Below are positions 51,179 through 63,611 of a DNA stretch of 64,000 nt, in pieces (position 1 is the first letter of the stretch; every line of letters starts with the position of its first letter). The DNA lies in the NCBI GenBank assembly GCA_965603825.1, contig CBFDEM010000064.1:248001-312000 (forward strand). Reading direction: 5' to 3'. The position numbers and the translations under genes were made by a program. The notes beneath the pieces are model-generated. The model searched no databases, was not told the DNA's origin, and saw nothing but the letters and a program-made list of their open reading frames with translations. Origin of the DNA: Blepharisma stoltei ATCC 30299 (taxonomy: Eukaryota; Protista; Ciliophora).

Positions 51179-51896
51179 TTTTATTTATAAACAAATTCAT
51201 TTCACTTTTATAAATGCATGCTAAGCAATTTTAATAGTAAATTTTATCAAGAAATTGTTTGATTGCTTTTTGAATTTGATGGCTCAAATAAAAATTATTA
51301 GCAAGCCAGCAATTTTCAAATAGCTTTGATTGAAATAAAGAACAAAAATCTAATAAATTTATGATTTTAAGGATTTGAACTTCTTCTTGGGAGAAATTAC
51401 AGTTCTTCTAAAATTAGCACTTTTTACCTTCCAAATAAATATCCTTATATGCATGGAAAATCCAGAAGAATGAACAGCTACCTTAATAGTTAAATCTTCC
51501 TTATTTTATTATAGCTTACTAGAAGTTAGATGGCTAATTTATGCCACTTTCTATTAATCCAAAATATTTACGATTTATTATCATATCGATGAGTTTATCA
51601 ATAGATTTTTCTTCCAAAAATAATTTGCTAGATATAAAAGTAGCTCAAGTCTCTCAAATGACCTCTAGAAATATATTTCCAATAATGCATCTTTGTCATC
51701 CCTTATAAAAAAACGGTAATTTTTTCCTCTGATCAAAAACTTATCACGTCAAAAAACTTCAAATTTATTATCAAGCATAAGTATTTAGGATGAAATTATT
51801 AACTAAAGTCCAAAACTATCCAAATAATAGAGGATATATGATTTTAAAAGATCTAATAATTTCAAGACCAATTTAATTGAAATTAAATTAAGCTAA

Positions 51897-52979
51897 GATT
51901 ATAATGGGCAAAATATCGCTGTATTTAGAGGTACTGATGGAGTTGTTTACGCAATAGATGCTTATTGCGCTCATATGGGAGCAAATCTTGCTGAAGGTGG
52001 CAAAGTTAAGTTTACAAAGAGTCTCCAATGTCCTTTTCATGGGTGAATATTCGATGGCTCAACTGGAAATTGTGTCACTGGCCCTGATATGAAGCCAAAA
52101 GAGCTAGATAAATACGCTTATACAGAAGTAGTTAATGATGCAGGGGTAAAATTGCTGATGCCCAAACTATGTTGCAAAGAGCAAGTTAAAGTAAAGAAAT
52201 GGCAAGTAAGAGAGATGTTTGGGTTCATTTTTGTGTGGTATCACGCCATTGAAAACCTCAGAATAGCCCCGCCATCTTATGAACCTCTAGATATTCTGAT
52301 TTTACTAAAAGATTATCATATAGAGGCCATAGCATAAATAAAGTAAAAAGCTTTATTCAAGATGTCCCAGAAAATGGAGGAGATTTAATGCATTTCCTAT
52401 ATGTCCACTATGCTTTTCTTCCTTTTACAGATGCTTTTAAAGCAAAATGAAGGGCTTCTTGGTGCAGAGGTGATGATCCAGAATTAAGAGAAAAAGTTAC
52501 CCATGAAATAGGATTTATAAATGACCATAAAATGAGACTTTTGGATAAATATTTGGATGAAGGAAATAAGTCAAATATAGGGATACTCATCTTAGATAAT
52601 TACATAATTTTGCCTGGGGCAAAGAAATTTTCTTTTTAAATGCGACAGGGTTCCAAGTTGGATCAGGAATTGTTCACTTATTTTTAATGGGAACATTTTT
52701 TGAAGGGGTTTTCTTCCAGCATTTGAGGCAGATTGATAAGCATAATCTAGAAGTCTATCATGAATGTGGGCAAGCAACTATTTGCCTTATGGAATTACTG
52801 CGATTATGCTAAGAGGAGAAGCACAACAGGTAATGAATGATGGAAAGGTGTGGGATGTAATGAAGCCTAATTATAATATGATGGGAGACCCAGATAAATT
52901 GCTACTAAAGTGGAGAAATTGGTATGCTCAGTTTTTTGAAGGATGTGAAGAGGCAGAAAAAGAAAAGCTTAGTTGGTAA
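51897..52979 (+). pseudogene. nvd: 5'-truncated, frameshifted duplicate of Rieske desaturase copy 2
   Basis: Near-identical to 48495..49598; lacks the TM/start region; 1-nt deletions at ~52293, ~52615 and ~52763; in-frame deletions at ~52857 and ~52960. Confidence 0.88.
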
Positions 52980-53823
52980 TTACTCTAATTTAAATATTAT
53001 CTTAATTAAACTATTAAAAAATTCTTGCATCATTTTTGCATATACTTATGTTAATTTTATTATGGCAGAGCTCGTAATACAAAATTCAATAATTAGCCAG
53101 ATTAATTTTAGATGAATTTAAAGTCAATTACGTTTGATAAATAAATTTATGGGTATTTCTTCTATTCAAAGGTGAAGTATTTTTTAACATAAAAAGCAGC
53201 AAGTTTCTTATGTCCTAAAGCTAGTAGAATTGGATGTTCTTATCATCATAAAAAGTTGCTTTAATTAAGGTAGCGCTAGGAGACTGGATGCGATTTTTTT
53301 TGAGTCTTAGACTGAAGTGTTATAAAACTAATAATTTATTATTGGTGAATTAAATAATATTGTCCTCAAAGCATTTTTCGCACAAAAAAGTTTTTCACCA
53401 AAATTATCTCAAATAGAGATTTATATAATTTTACTTAGATAAAATATTTGTATTAGAAGCCATTTCTTTATTAGAAATTGAATGAATAATGGCGTGAGTT
53501 GTGATCAAGGGTTATATTCGCTCAAAAGGACAAGCAATTTGAATATCCAAATCCTTATCACTATGTAAGCAAAAAATTAGTTTTAAATATAGGCCAACTT
53601 GGCGTTCAAAGATAAGTTGGCATTTTCAAAGATAAGTAATATTACAAATATTTTATTAGGGATTTTAAAGAAAGGCTGAAGCTGCGCTATAGTAATTTAT
53701 AATTTCTATTCTACCCATCCAATTCATAAATTTGAAAAATAGCCAAAGCTTTTCTTAATAAAATTTACTATTAAATTCCTTAACAAACATTTATAAAAGT
53801 GAAATAAAAACAAATATAAAAAT

Positions 53824-55261
53824 ATGGTTTTTTATAAACCACTAAATATTCTCGTCGTCCTCGTTCTCTTATCATTTGCCAAGGGACTTACACTGCTAGG
53901 TGATTGGACTCTTACAAAATTATCAGCAGATACTTTACCCACTGGTATTGCCAATGCTCAAAATGGCGGTATTCCTGCTATAAATGCAGATACCGCTATT
54001 AGCATAGACCCAAATGTTGGCTGCAGCTCAATAAGTCTGAACAGTGAAGTCTGGAGTTTAACAGCAGACGCATCCAGCAGTTTAATCACTCTTACAGAAT
54101 ACGCATTTGGATTTTGGGTCAACTTTGAATCAACTATTAGCAATAAAGTTTTTCAATTCGGATCTGACAGTGGCGCACACTATATTGTCTCATCAACTGT
54201 AGATGGCACCTTAAAAGTTTCCTTCTTTTCTGACGCTACAACAACTGATTCAGCTAATGACTTCTCCATAACTGTCCCTTTAAGTAATTTCTATACAGAT
54301 AAGTGGTTCTTTATTGTGTTTCACTTTTTCGATAATTCAGGCACTATTACTTTGGAGATTATATTCCCTGGCACAGCCCTAATTTCCAAAACTTCAGGAA
54401 GCTCAGCTGTTGCTTTTGCTCTGCCTGGCGGGCTCTTTTATTTTGGAATGTCAATTAAGGGAAAGTTCCATAAGGTTGTTCTTACAAAGTCTGCTACCAT
54501 AAATGCTTCCTTTGATACAATAACATTAAATGATGGCTCAAGTACGGAAGCTATAGCAGCGCCTTGTACTCCTGCTGCAGATTGCATTGATAGTGTATGC
54601 TCTCAAAGTTTCAGCAGTCTTACAGGAAGCATATGCTTATCATCATTACAGTATTGCACCACTTGTACAGCCAGCGGATGCATTACTTGTGATCCTGATT
54701 CAGCTAGAGATGAAGCACAATATTGCCGAGCTTGCAAGGATGATGGCACTACTAATGAGCTTAAAAATTATCACTGTAATTTCTACTTAGGTTGCGCAAA
54801 AGCTAATCATTGTGCTGCATGCTCGACAAAAAGCACTCAATGCGATTTATGTCCAGCTGGATACTTCCTTAATGACGATAGTGTTACTTCTTCAACATCT
54901 TGCATTTGTAAGATTTTATTTAGCTTGTACCGACTCCTGCACAAATTGCCAGCCAGGTCCTGATTGCTATACTTGTGCTACAACAATAACTCAAACAGGA
55001 ACTACTTGCAGGGAAGACTCTGTTGGATTCCAGGTCAGCGTCAATCTTCCGAATATCGTGATTGACTTTGCTCATCCACTTTCAACTGGACTGTCGAAAA
55101 GTTCATTTACAGCTACCTCAAACTCAGGTACAAATATCGCTACAAGTACATGGACTTTTGCTGGCTGCACAGCAGGCTTGATGCAATGCAGCATTGGAGC
55201 TCCTAATCTTCAAGAAAGCGATCTCCCAGTTACACTTGACTTCGAGTTTACTCAAGTCTAG
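53824..55261 (+). CDS. Secreted LamG-like/furin-repeat/Ig-like protein, inverted paralog of 49747..51178, ~473 aa
   Basis: ORFs 53824..54963 and 54812..55261 join via 16-nt intron 54908-54923; colinear with the minus-strand copy. Confidence 0.8.
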
Positions 55262-55412
55262 TCTCTTAAAGGGTAACTAACCTTTTCTCAAAAACATTAA
55301 ACCTTCTATTAATTTATGTCAAGGATAATAATATAAGCATTTTATTTATGCAAATTTCTTGGAAAAGCAAATATCTTTTTAATAATCATAACCTAAGAAG
55401 TCCATATATAAT

Positions 55413-55980
55413 ATGGACAACATCTTCAAGATCCTAGACAAGGACAGCGACGTGGAGCCTGTATCAATCCAAGAAAAGGTAAAAGAAGCCAAAACCATCA
55501 CCAGAAGCCACATTGATAAATCTGAAATCCCAATCAATCCAAAGCAATCGTAGGCAAGAAGTCAAGGATGCTCAGAAAAGGAAAAGATAGAGATAATATG
55601 ATCGAAAATAAGTACTTAAAAAAGCAAAAGAAGAATTCTCTGCGACAAAAAGCCAAGCATTCCTATTAAGTAATAACATAATATAAAGAAATGCCCATCA
55701 CACTTTTAAGAAAATATCTGGCAAAGGAAGAAGACGAGCCAAGTGCTGCTGAAATTCCTGTTAAAAAGAAAAAAGGACATTTGAAGAAATCTATACTGAC
55801 AGATTTTGAGGCCTGAAAAACAAATTAAAAAGAGAAAGTACAAAAAATCGAAAAAATGCCAAAGCAGTTTAAGAGTAAATTGGAGAGAATTGAAGAAAGT
55901 GACATCTGGGTTGACCCGAAAGCAAAATATGAGCAAAACTTAGAAGGAGTCAATACTTAAAAACTTTCCTTTTAGAAATA
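55413..55980 (+). pseudogene. Probable decayed gene (Lys/Glu-rich; weak resemblance to Stm1/SERBP1-type proteins)
   Basis: MDNIFKILDKDSDVEP start, purine-rich coding-like composition, stops in all frames. Confidence 0.3.
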
Positions 55981-56422
55981 TAACAAAAAATGTCACTTAT
56001 CTTTTTAATCAATGGGTCATTAGGACATTGATATTTTAACTATATAATAAAATGCCAATTTTCTTTAAAATAACGCTTTTAAGACCCTTTGGCATATAAA
56101 GCTTTCTTCTAAAATTATATTTATCATTTTATTACAGAATATGATTTTTCATATTAATTAAATGTTAAGAGCTTAAGTAGAAAAATTAGCTACTATCTAT
56201 TGTATATATAAAGATAAAAGTAAATTTCAATTTCGTATATTTGATAAAATAAATGAATTTCTCAAGTAATTAAATTGCTATTCCAATAACTTTTTATAGT
56301 TTCAAATGCCAAATTCGTCATTATGCAATAAATTTAATATGAGATTATGATATGCAGAATAATACTAACTAAAGATTGTAGCTAATATTATTTTATAGTA
56401 AAATAGTGTAAATTATTAAAAG

Positions 56423-59400
56423 ATGTTAAAAATACATCAATTTTGGTTCTTTCTACAAGGAATTATAGCTATTACTATAGAGCGAATTCCCTCAACAAAT
56501 CCTATACCTGGATCTCGGCAGATGTCTTTGGTGGAGAGTTTTCCTGATTTAAATATTTCTTTACTCTTTGGAGGCTACTTAGATTCCTCTAATTCCTACA
56601 ATGACCTTTGAAGCTTTAATATTGTAGATTCTCTTTGGGAAAAAATATCGCCTAATGATAATAAATTTCCAGGTATCTTCTATTTAGTTGCTCGGTATTG
56701 CGGAGGATCTTTTACCCTACAAAACTCTTCAACTTTCTGTATATTTGGAGGAGGAACATCATATGGTCCTCTGAGTGATATTTGGTGCTTTAATCTTTCA
56801 AAGTCGTTGTGAGAAGAAGTTGAAACGTGAGGTGATATTCCTGATCCCAGGATTCTATTTGGCTATACTTCATGAGTTGAAAATGATATTTCATATTTCA
56901 TTGTTTTTGGAGGTAAAACTTCTTCAGGGCTAAATAATGATTTATTTAGGTAAAATTTAGATAGGCTTGATACAAATTCATGGACTTGAACCAAGATGGG
57001 TCAGTATGGAGATATTCCTCCATCAACTACTTATCCAAACATTGCATATCAAAATAATACCTTATATGTAGTGGCAACGGAATTGGGACAATTTTATAAA
57101 TATGACTTGAGTTCTGAGACTTGAACAAATTTAACATCGAAAAACAGCTACGCAGCTAGAATTATGTCAAATTCATATATCTATAATGATGAAATCTATC
57201 TGTTGCCAGGCGATATAGACAATCAAGATTATCCTGAATGATATAAACTCAACTTAAATGACCCACTTTATGAGTGATCAAAAGTTGAATTGAATCGAAC
57301 AGATTACGGGGTAGATAGCTATGGCTCTACGATAATTGGTTCTCGAGTTTATATTTTTGGAGGATACAGAAGTAGCTTAGAAGACATTGTAAATAATTTT
57401 GCAATATGCAACTTAGAAAAAAATCCAGTTGGATTGCAAGTTCATGATCAAGAAGTTGCTCCAGAACCTCGAATGCATCATAAAATGCAATCTGTTGGAA
57501 AATATCTTCTACTATTCGGAGGAATTGGGGGAAATGAATTAATATTTAATGATTTTTGAGAATTCGATTGTGATAAAGAAAAGTGGAAAGCTCTCAGACC
57601 TTCAGGTGTTAGTCCAACAGGCAGATATGGCTATGCTTCTTCATCATACTCTGATGTAATGATGATTTGGGGAGGGATAGGCTCTAATGGCCTACTAAAT
57701 GATGGCTATACCTACGATTTCGCAACAAATACGTTTTATCAGTGAAGCCATTCTGAAAATGTCCCAAGTCCGCGTCAAGGAGCTTGTCTTGCAGTATACG
57801 GACAGTTAATTGTTATTTATGGAGGCATGACTTCTGCTGGGCTTTCTAACGAGCTTTGAGTTTATGATTCAGCAAAAAAAGTGTATACTCTTTTAGACTC
57901 AGGAAATTATGATGGCCCTGGAGCTCTGAGTTATGCTTCTTGTGTGCTAACCAAAGATTATGAACTTTATGTCATGTTTGGAATGAGAAATGACGTTTCA
58001 TTAGGCGAAGTCTTTAAATATAACTTCTCTAAAAGCCGCTGAACAAATATGAATAATTATAAAACGTTCCAGTCTTGAGCTAGATCACTTGGCGGTGTTG
58101 TAAAAGTGAATGATAAGGTGCTTGTTGTTGGTGGTCAGCTTTATACCACTAACGTAAGCAAGGATATATTTTATTTAAATATTACCTCTAACAATATTGC
58201 TAACTTAGGGAGCCTTAAAGAATATTCATATTCCTTTGCGTATGCCTATTATCAAAATTATTTTTATATTCATGGAGGAGGGACTGCAATTGGCGAAATT
58301 ATGAAGCCAGGAATTCCTACTAATAAATTCTATAGAATTCACCTCGGCCATGATAGTAACTGGATTTGCAGTCCTGGGACTTATCAATCAGAGAAATGTG
58401 AAGTATGTCCTCCTGGCACATACAGTGAGGATTTTGGAGTAAAACAGTGCACAAAATGCAGAAAAGGGTATTATAATCCTAATTATGGCTCTAGTTCAGG
58501 TGATAGTTGTTATCCGTGCGAAGAAGATACTTATAATGGTATTGAAGGAGCAGCTCAATGTAGGGATTGTCCAAGCTCGTCTTCATGCAAAGCTGGAAGC
58601 ATATCTTATCAAGTTGCTGATGTGAACGAGAGCGATATATCTGATCAACCGACTAATTATAAAGCTGACATGAAAGATGCTGACACAGCTGTTCTTTCAA
58701 TACAAATAATATTAGGGCTCCTCGGATTATTTATCATTATTGCAGTAGTTACATCAAAATCCAATAGCAATTTACTTGTGAAAATTGACTTATACACGAC
58801 TTATCATAACAATACAATAGGAAAAGCAATGTTTTTATTAAAAACGAAATTCGGAGGAGCATTTACTATAGTGTTTATTATTATTGCAATTATAATAATG
58901 CTTGACGCACTTGTTAACTACTCATTGAACAATATTTTGGAGTTGAAAAGCATGATTCCGCTTGTAGTTCTCGATGGCATGACTGAGGTAAAGTATATTT
59001 AGTTTGAAGGAAATTTTCAAATCAAAACTACTCTAATGCATTACGGAGGGAATTGTTTAAAAAATGATGAATGCTCTTCAGAAATTGGTTATACAATTAG
59101 CAATATTACTGGTGATTGAAGTGGTATAACTTGTGAATATGTTGATGAAGAGGACTGTATTGTTTCAATTGAATGCAAAAACTGCAAAATTCCAAATCAA
59201 GGACAGCTGAGTTATCAATTGATTAATACAAATGGCTTTACTTCAGGATTTCGTGTCCAAATAAACTCTTCTTCATCAATTCCAAACAAAATCAGCAGCA
59301 TCGAAAAAACAGTATACCCAAATAAAGATTATATTTTTATTGGCCCAGATCCAACTACAATTTATTTTTCGCTAATACCTTCTGTATTTTCTATTTAGTG

Positions 59401-59860
59401 ATTCAAGGATGAGAAAGATGGGGTTTCTTTTTCTGGCTTTCATATATCGTTAGATAAGGATTCATTGCTTGGCTCAATGCATAAAACGAATGAGTAAGAC
59501 ATAATCAGAGTCGGAATATCTTATAACTCATATCTTACAATTGAATTTAACAAATCATTAAATGGACTAGTAACTAAAAGGAGCATAATCCAAACTTCGA
59601 CTGCTTTGCTAAGTTCTCTATTAGGCTCAATATTTGGCCTTATGAGCAGTATAGGAGGAGTAATGCAAATTGTTGAGAAAAAATGAAATGATATTGAAGC
59701 AAAATATTTGCAAAAATCACCTTTTGCAATTGCCAAGAACAATTCAAAAACTATTTCCCAAACTTATGAAGAGTCACCATATGAAAATTCTCCAACTAAG
59801 CGAGATCGCTCGAATACGATTTCTGATTCGCCTTTAACATCTAGCTATATGATTATCTAA
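56423..59860 (+). CDS. Kelch/Cys-repeat/3-TM membrane protein, copy 3, ~1120 aa
   Basis: IERIPSTNP N-terminus; five 15-nt introns: 56673-56687, 56950-56964, 58988-59002, 59384-59398, 59494-59508. Confidence 0.85.
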
Positions 59861-60153
59861 AAAATTGCTTCAGAGATCAGTACTTAATGAGGCTTAATAT
59901 TTATCGTTTAAAGAGAAACTAAAATATAATTTTAAATTATGATTTTTAGAGCAAAATAAATAAAACTGTTATAGAAATGGAATTTTGTTGCATAGTTTTG
60001 AAACTACTAATTTTTCGATATCTTAAAATTTAAAATTCAACTTCTTTCTATAAATCAATTGTTATCAATTATTAATATGTGATGATACTGATTTTTAGTA
60101 AGGTTGTTTCACTTTCAAGTTTCTTTACAATTTAATAAAAATAATCCCAAATA

Positions 60154-63100
60154 ATGATAGTTTATTTCTTTATCCTACACTTTATCAAGGACTCTCTAGC
60201 GCTTTTGATTGAAAGAATCCCATCAACAAATCCTTCGCCTGATAAAAGAATGCTGCCACTCATGCAGAGCTTTCCAAATTTAAATCTTACACTTTCATAT
60301 GGAGGCTTGCAGAGCCCAATTAATGTTTTTAATGATATCTGGTCTTTCCAGACAAATAATGAAACATGATCAAAGCTTGTTCCTCTAGACTCAGTTTATC
60401 CAGGTAAAATTCAAATTAGTTGGGAGATATGGAGGAGGATCTTGAAAGGATCAAGATAGTTATCTATTTTATATCTTTGGAGGGATGAGCACTTATGGCC
60501 CGATAAACGATATATGGAGTTTCCATGCAACTAGACTACTTTGGACCAAAATTTCAGCAACTGGAGATATCCCATTGCCTAGGGTTAATTTTGGGTATAC
60601 CTCCTGAACAGAAAATGGGGCCGTGAAATTCGCTGTTTTTGGTGGGTCATCCTCTATAGGATTTGATAATCATTTATATATGTAAAAATAAAGTAGACTT
60701 GACACAGACAGCTGGGTGTGAACAATGATGCCAAGTAATGGCAGTATGCCTCCAAAATTAGAAAGCCCTTGCATAACTTATTATAGCAATGCTTTATATA
60801 TTGCAGGAGGCCAAGCTCCTTTAGAAGCAAATCCATATATTAATGGATCATATAAATATGATTTAGACCTTTCCGCATGAGTCAATATTTCTTCATTGAG
60901 CACATATACAAGTAGATATTTGCATGGCTGTGTTATTTTTAACGATGAGTTATATATGCTATCTGGCTGGTCAATGGAATGGAATGATCAAAACTCTGAA
61001 TGATATAAACTAAATTTATCCGATATAAATCATGACTGATACAAAATAGATAAAATTAATTTATCAAACAATGATTATGGCTTTACACTAATTGACTCAA
61101 AACTTTATATTTTTGCAGGTTTTAAAGATAAAGGGTTTCATAATGCTTTTTGAATATTTGAATTATCTGCATTTTCGCCAATTCTATACGGCTCTTATGA
61201 TGAAAATCTATCTCCAAGCGCCCGAATGCTCCATTCTATGCATCCAATAGGAGAAAAACTTTACTTGTTTGGAGGCTTAGGCGAAGATGGAGAATTATTT
61301 AATGATTTTTGGGCTTATGATACAATTAATGAGAAATGGAAAAGCATTGAAGCTGCAGGAAGTGCACCGTCACCAAGGTATGGGTTTGCTTCAGCTGAAA
61401 ATTCAGGAGTTATAGCAGTCTGGGGAGGGCATGGGTCTTCAGGATATTTGAATGATATTTATATGTTTCATATCGGCACTTTGCAATGATATTTTATTCA
61501 AAACCCCACTTCACCTCCAAGTCCAAGAGAAGGAGCCTGCTTAGCAGCTATAGAGTCACTTATTATTATATATGGAGGCATGACAGCTTCTGGGCCTTCT
61601 GATGAACTATGGCTCCTCAATATAAGTGAAAAAACTTATATACTCCTTGACTCAAGTAACCCACAAGGGCCAGGGCCTCTGTATTATGCCTCATGCAAAA
61701 TTGTTGATAATTCATTTTATGTGTATTACGGAGAATATGATGGAGAATATTCATCGAATGAAATTTTTAGCTATAATTTAACAAGCAAAATATGGGAAAA
61801 AATTTATCACAATTCAAATGATTTGCAATGAATTAGAAGTAAAGCAGGCTCTTTAAAATTAGACGACAGGATTTTAGTCTTTGGAGGAAATATATTTGGA
61901 AGGTACCTTAGTAAGGACATATTTTACGTTAACTTGACCACAAGCGAATTTGTAAAAATAGGCCAAATCCCTGATTATACTTTTGGCTTCGCTTGGTGCT
62001 ATTTGAAGGATCATATTTATATTCATGGAGGAGCAACAGTCTTAGGAGAGCTTTTAAGATATGAAGTGCCTTCAAACAAGTTTTTCAGGATTCATTTGCA
62101 AAGTGACTGTGCCGATATAGAAAGCTGCTATTGGGAATGCAGCCCAGGAACTTATAAGCACAATAATGAGTGTTTATTATGCCCGCCTGGAACTTACTCT
62201 GATAGTTATGGAAACTCTGCATGCACTAATTGCTTGGAAGGATTTTTTAACCAAATTTATGGCTCTGCATCAAGAGTTCTGTGCTATCCATGTGAGGAAG
62301 GGACATATAATTCTATTGAAGGAGCTGCCCTTTGTCTGAATTGCCCGCACTCTGCAGAGTGTAAAGCAGGTAGTGTTACTTTTGAAAGAGAAGTCTTTTC
62401 ATTCAGTGATTTGTCTATTCAGCCTCCATTATATAAAGCTGATCAAGACAAACTCGACAGAATTATCCTCATTGTAAATTTAGTATTCGGACTATTTGGG
62501 TTTCTCTTGATTATATTTATTTTGATGTTTTTTGCATCAATCTTATCAAGAATTGATATATATACCTCAAGCCACAACCATTTGCTGAACGTTTCAATGA
62601 TTCTGACAAAAACAAAAATCGGAGGATTCTTTTCGATTATTTTTGGGGTCCTTGCAATTATATTGGTTTCCGATAGTATAATCACTTTTAAGCTAGACAA
62701 TATCACAGAGCAGAAAAGCCTAGTTCCTCTTGTTGTGCTTTCCCAAGACATATCAAAGGTACTTTTTATTTAGTATACAGGAGATTTTGTGATCTCAACT
62801 ACTTTTATCAATTATGGGGGAAACTGCTTAGTAAATCATGCTTGCTCCCCTGAAATACACATTTCATTTAGTAATATATATGGGAGTTGGTCTGAAATGA
62901 GCTGCCAATTAAACAAAAGAGATTGCAACGTAATCATCAAGTGCAAAAACTGCCAAATAGAAAGCGAAGGTGAAATCTCTTATGAAATGGCATACACAAA
63001 CGCATTTTCTTCAGGGTTTATTATACAAGTTAATTCCACATCTTCAATTCCAGATGAGATAAGCAGCTATCGCACCGTTATACTTCCAAATCCAGGCTAT

Positions 63101-63611
63101 GTTTTTCTTGGCTTTACAGCAACAACTGTCCATTTTGCATCAATTCCTTCTGTAAACTTTAATGCAGTGATTCCAGGAATCCCATAAAGATAGGTCGTAT
63201 ACTGGCTATCATATTTCTGTGGAGCAAAGTCCAGAATATGGCTCACAATTTCACACTTATGAGTAAGTCCTATTTAGAATGGGACTCGCCTATAATTTGT
63301 ATTTGAATCTTCAGTTTAATAATGGCTTAAACGGGCTTGTTACAACAAGGAAACAGGGGCAAACATGATTAACTTTGCTTAGTGTACTATTGGGGTCTAT
63401 ATTTGGACTATTGGGAGGTGTTGGAGGAGTGATGAGTTTTATTGAAGGATGTTGAACAGAAATAGAAGATGGTTTTAGGGAAGACAATCCTTCAGCCCTT
63501 ATTGAAAAAGGCCATAAAATTAGAAATCAATTTGATTCCCATGCCAAGCTAGCAAGGTCAATGGATTCAATGTCAAAAATAAATCCTTTTTTGAAGTTCA
63601 ATTTTTTTTAA
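60154..63611 (+). CDS. Kelch/Cys-repeat/3-TM membrane protein, copy 4, ~1126 aa
   Basis: IERIPSTNP N-terminus; introns 60404-60419 (16 nt), 60682-60696, 62759-62773, 63152-63167 (16 nt), 63263-63277; TAA at 63609-63611. Confidence 0.85.

Noticed and set aside
961-63611. In-frame TGA as selenocysteine or cysteine
   Set aside because: TGA aligns with Trp in paralogs and conserved motifs, not with Cys
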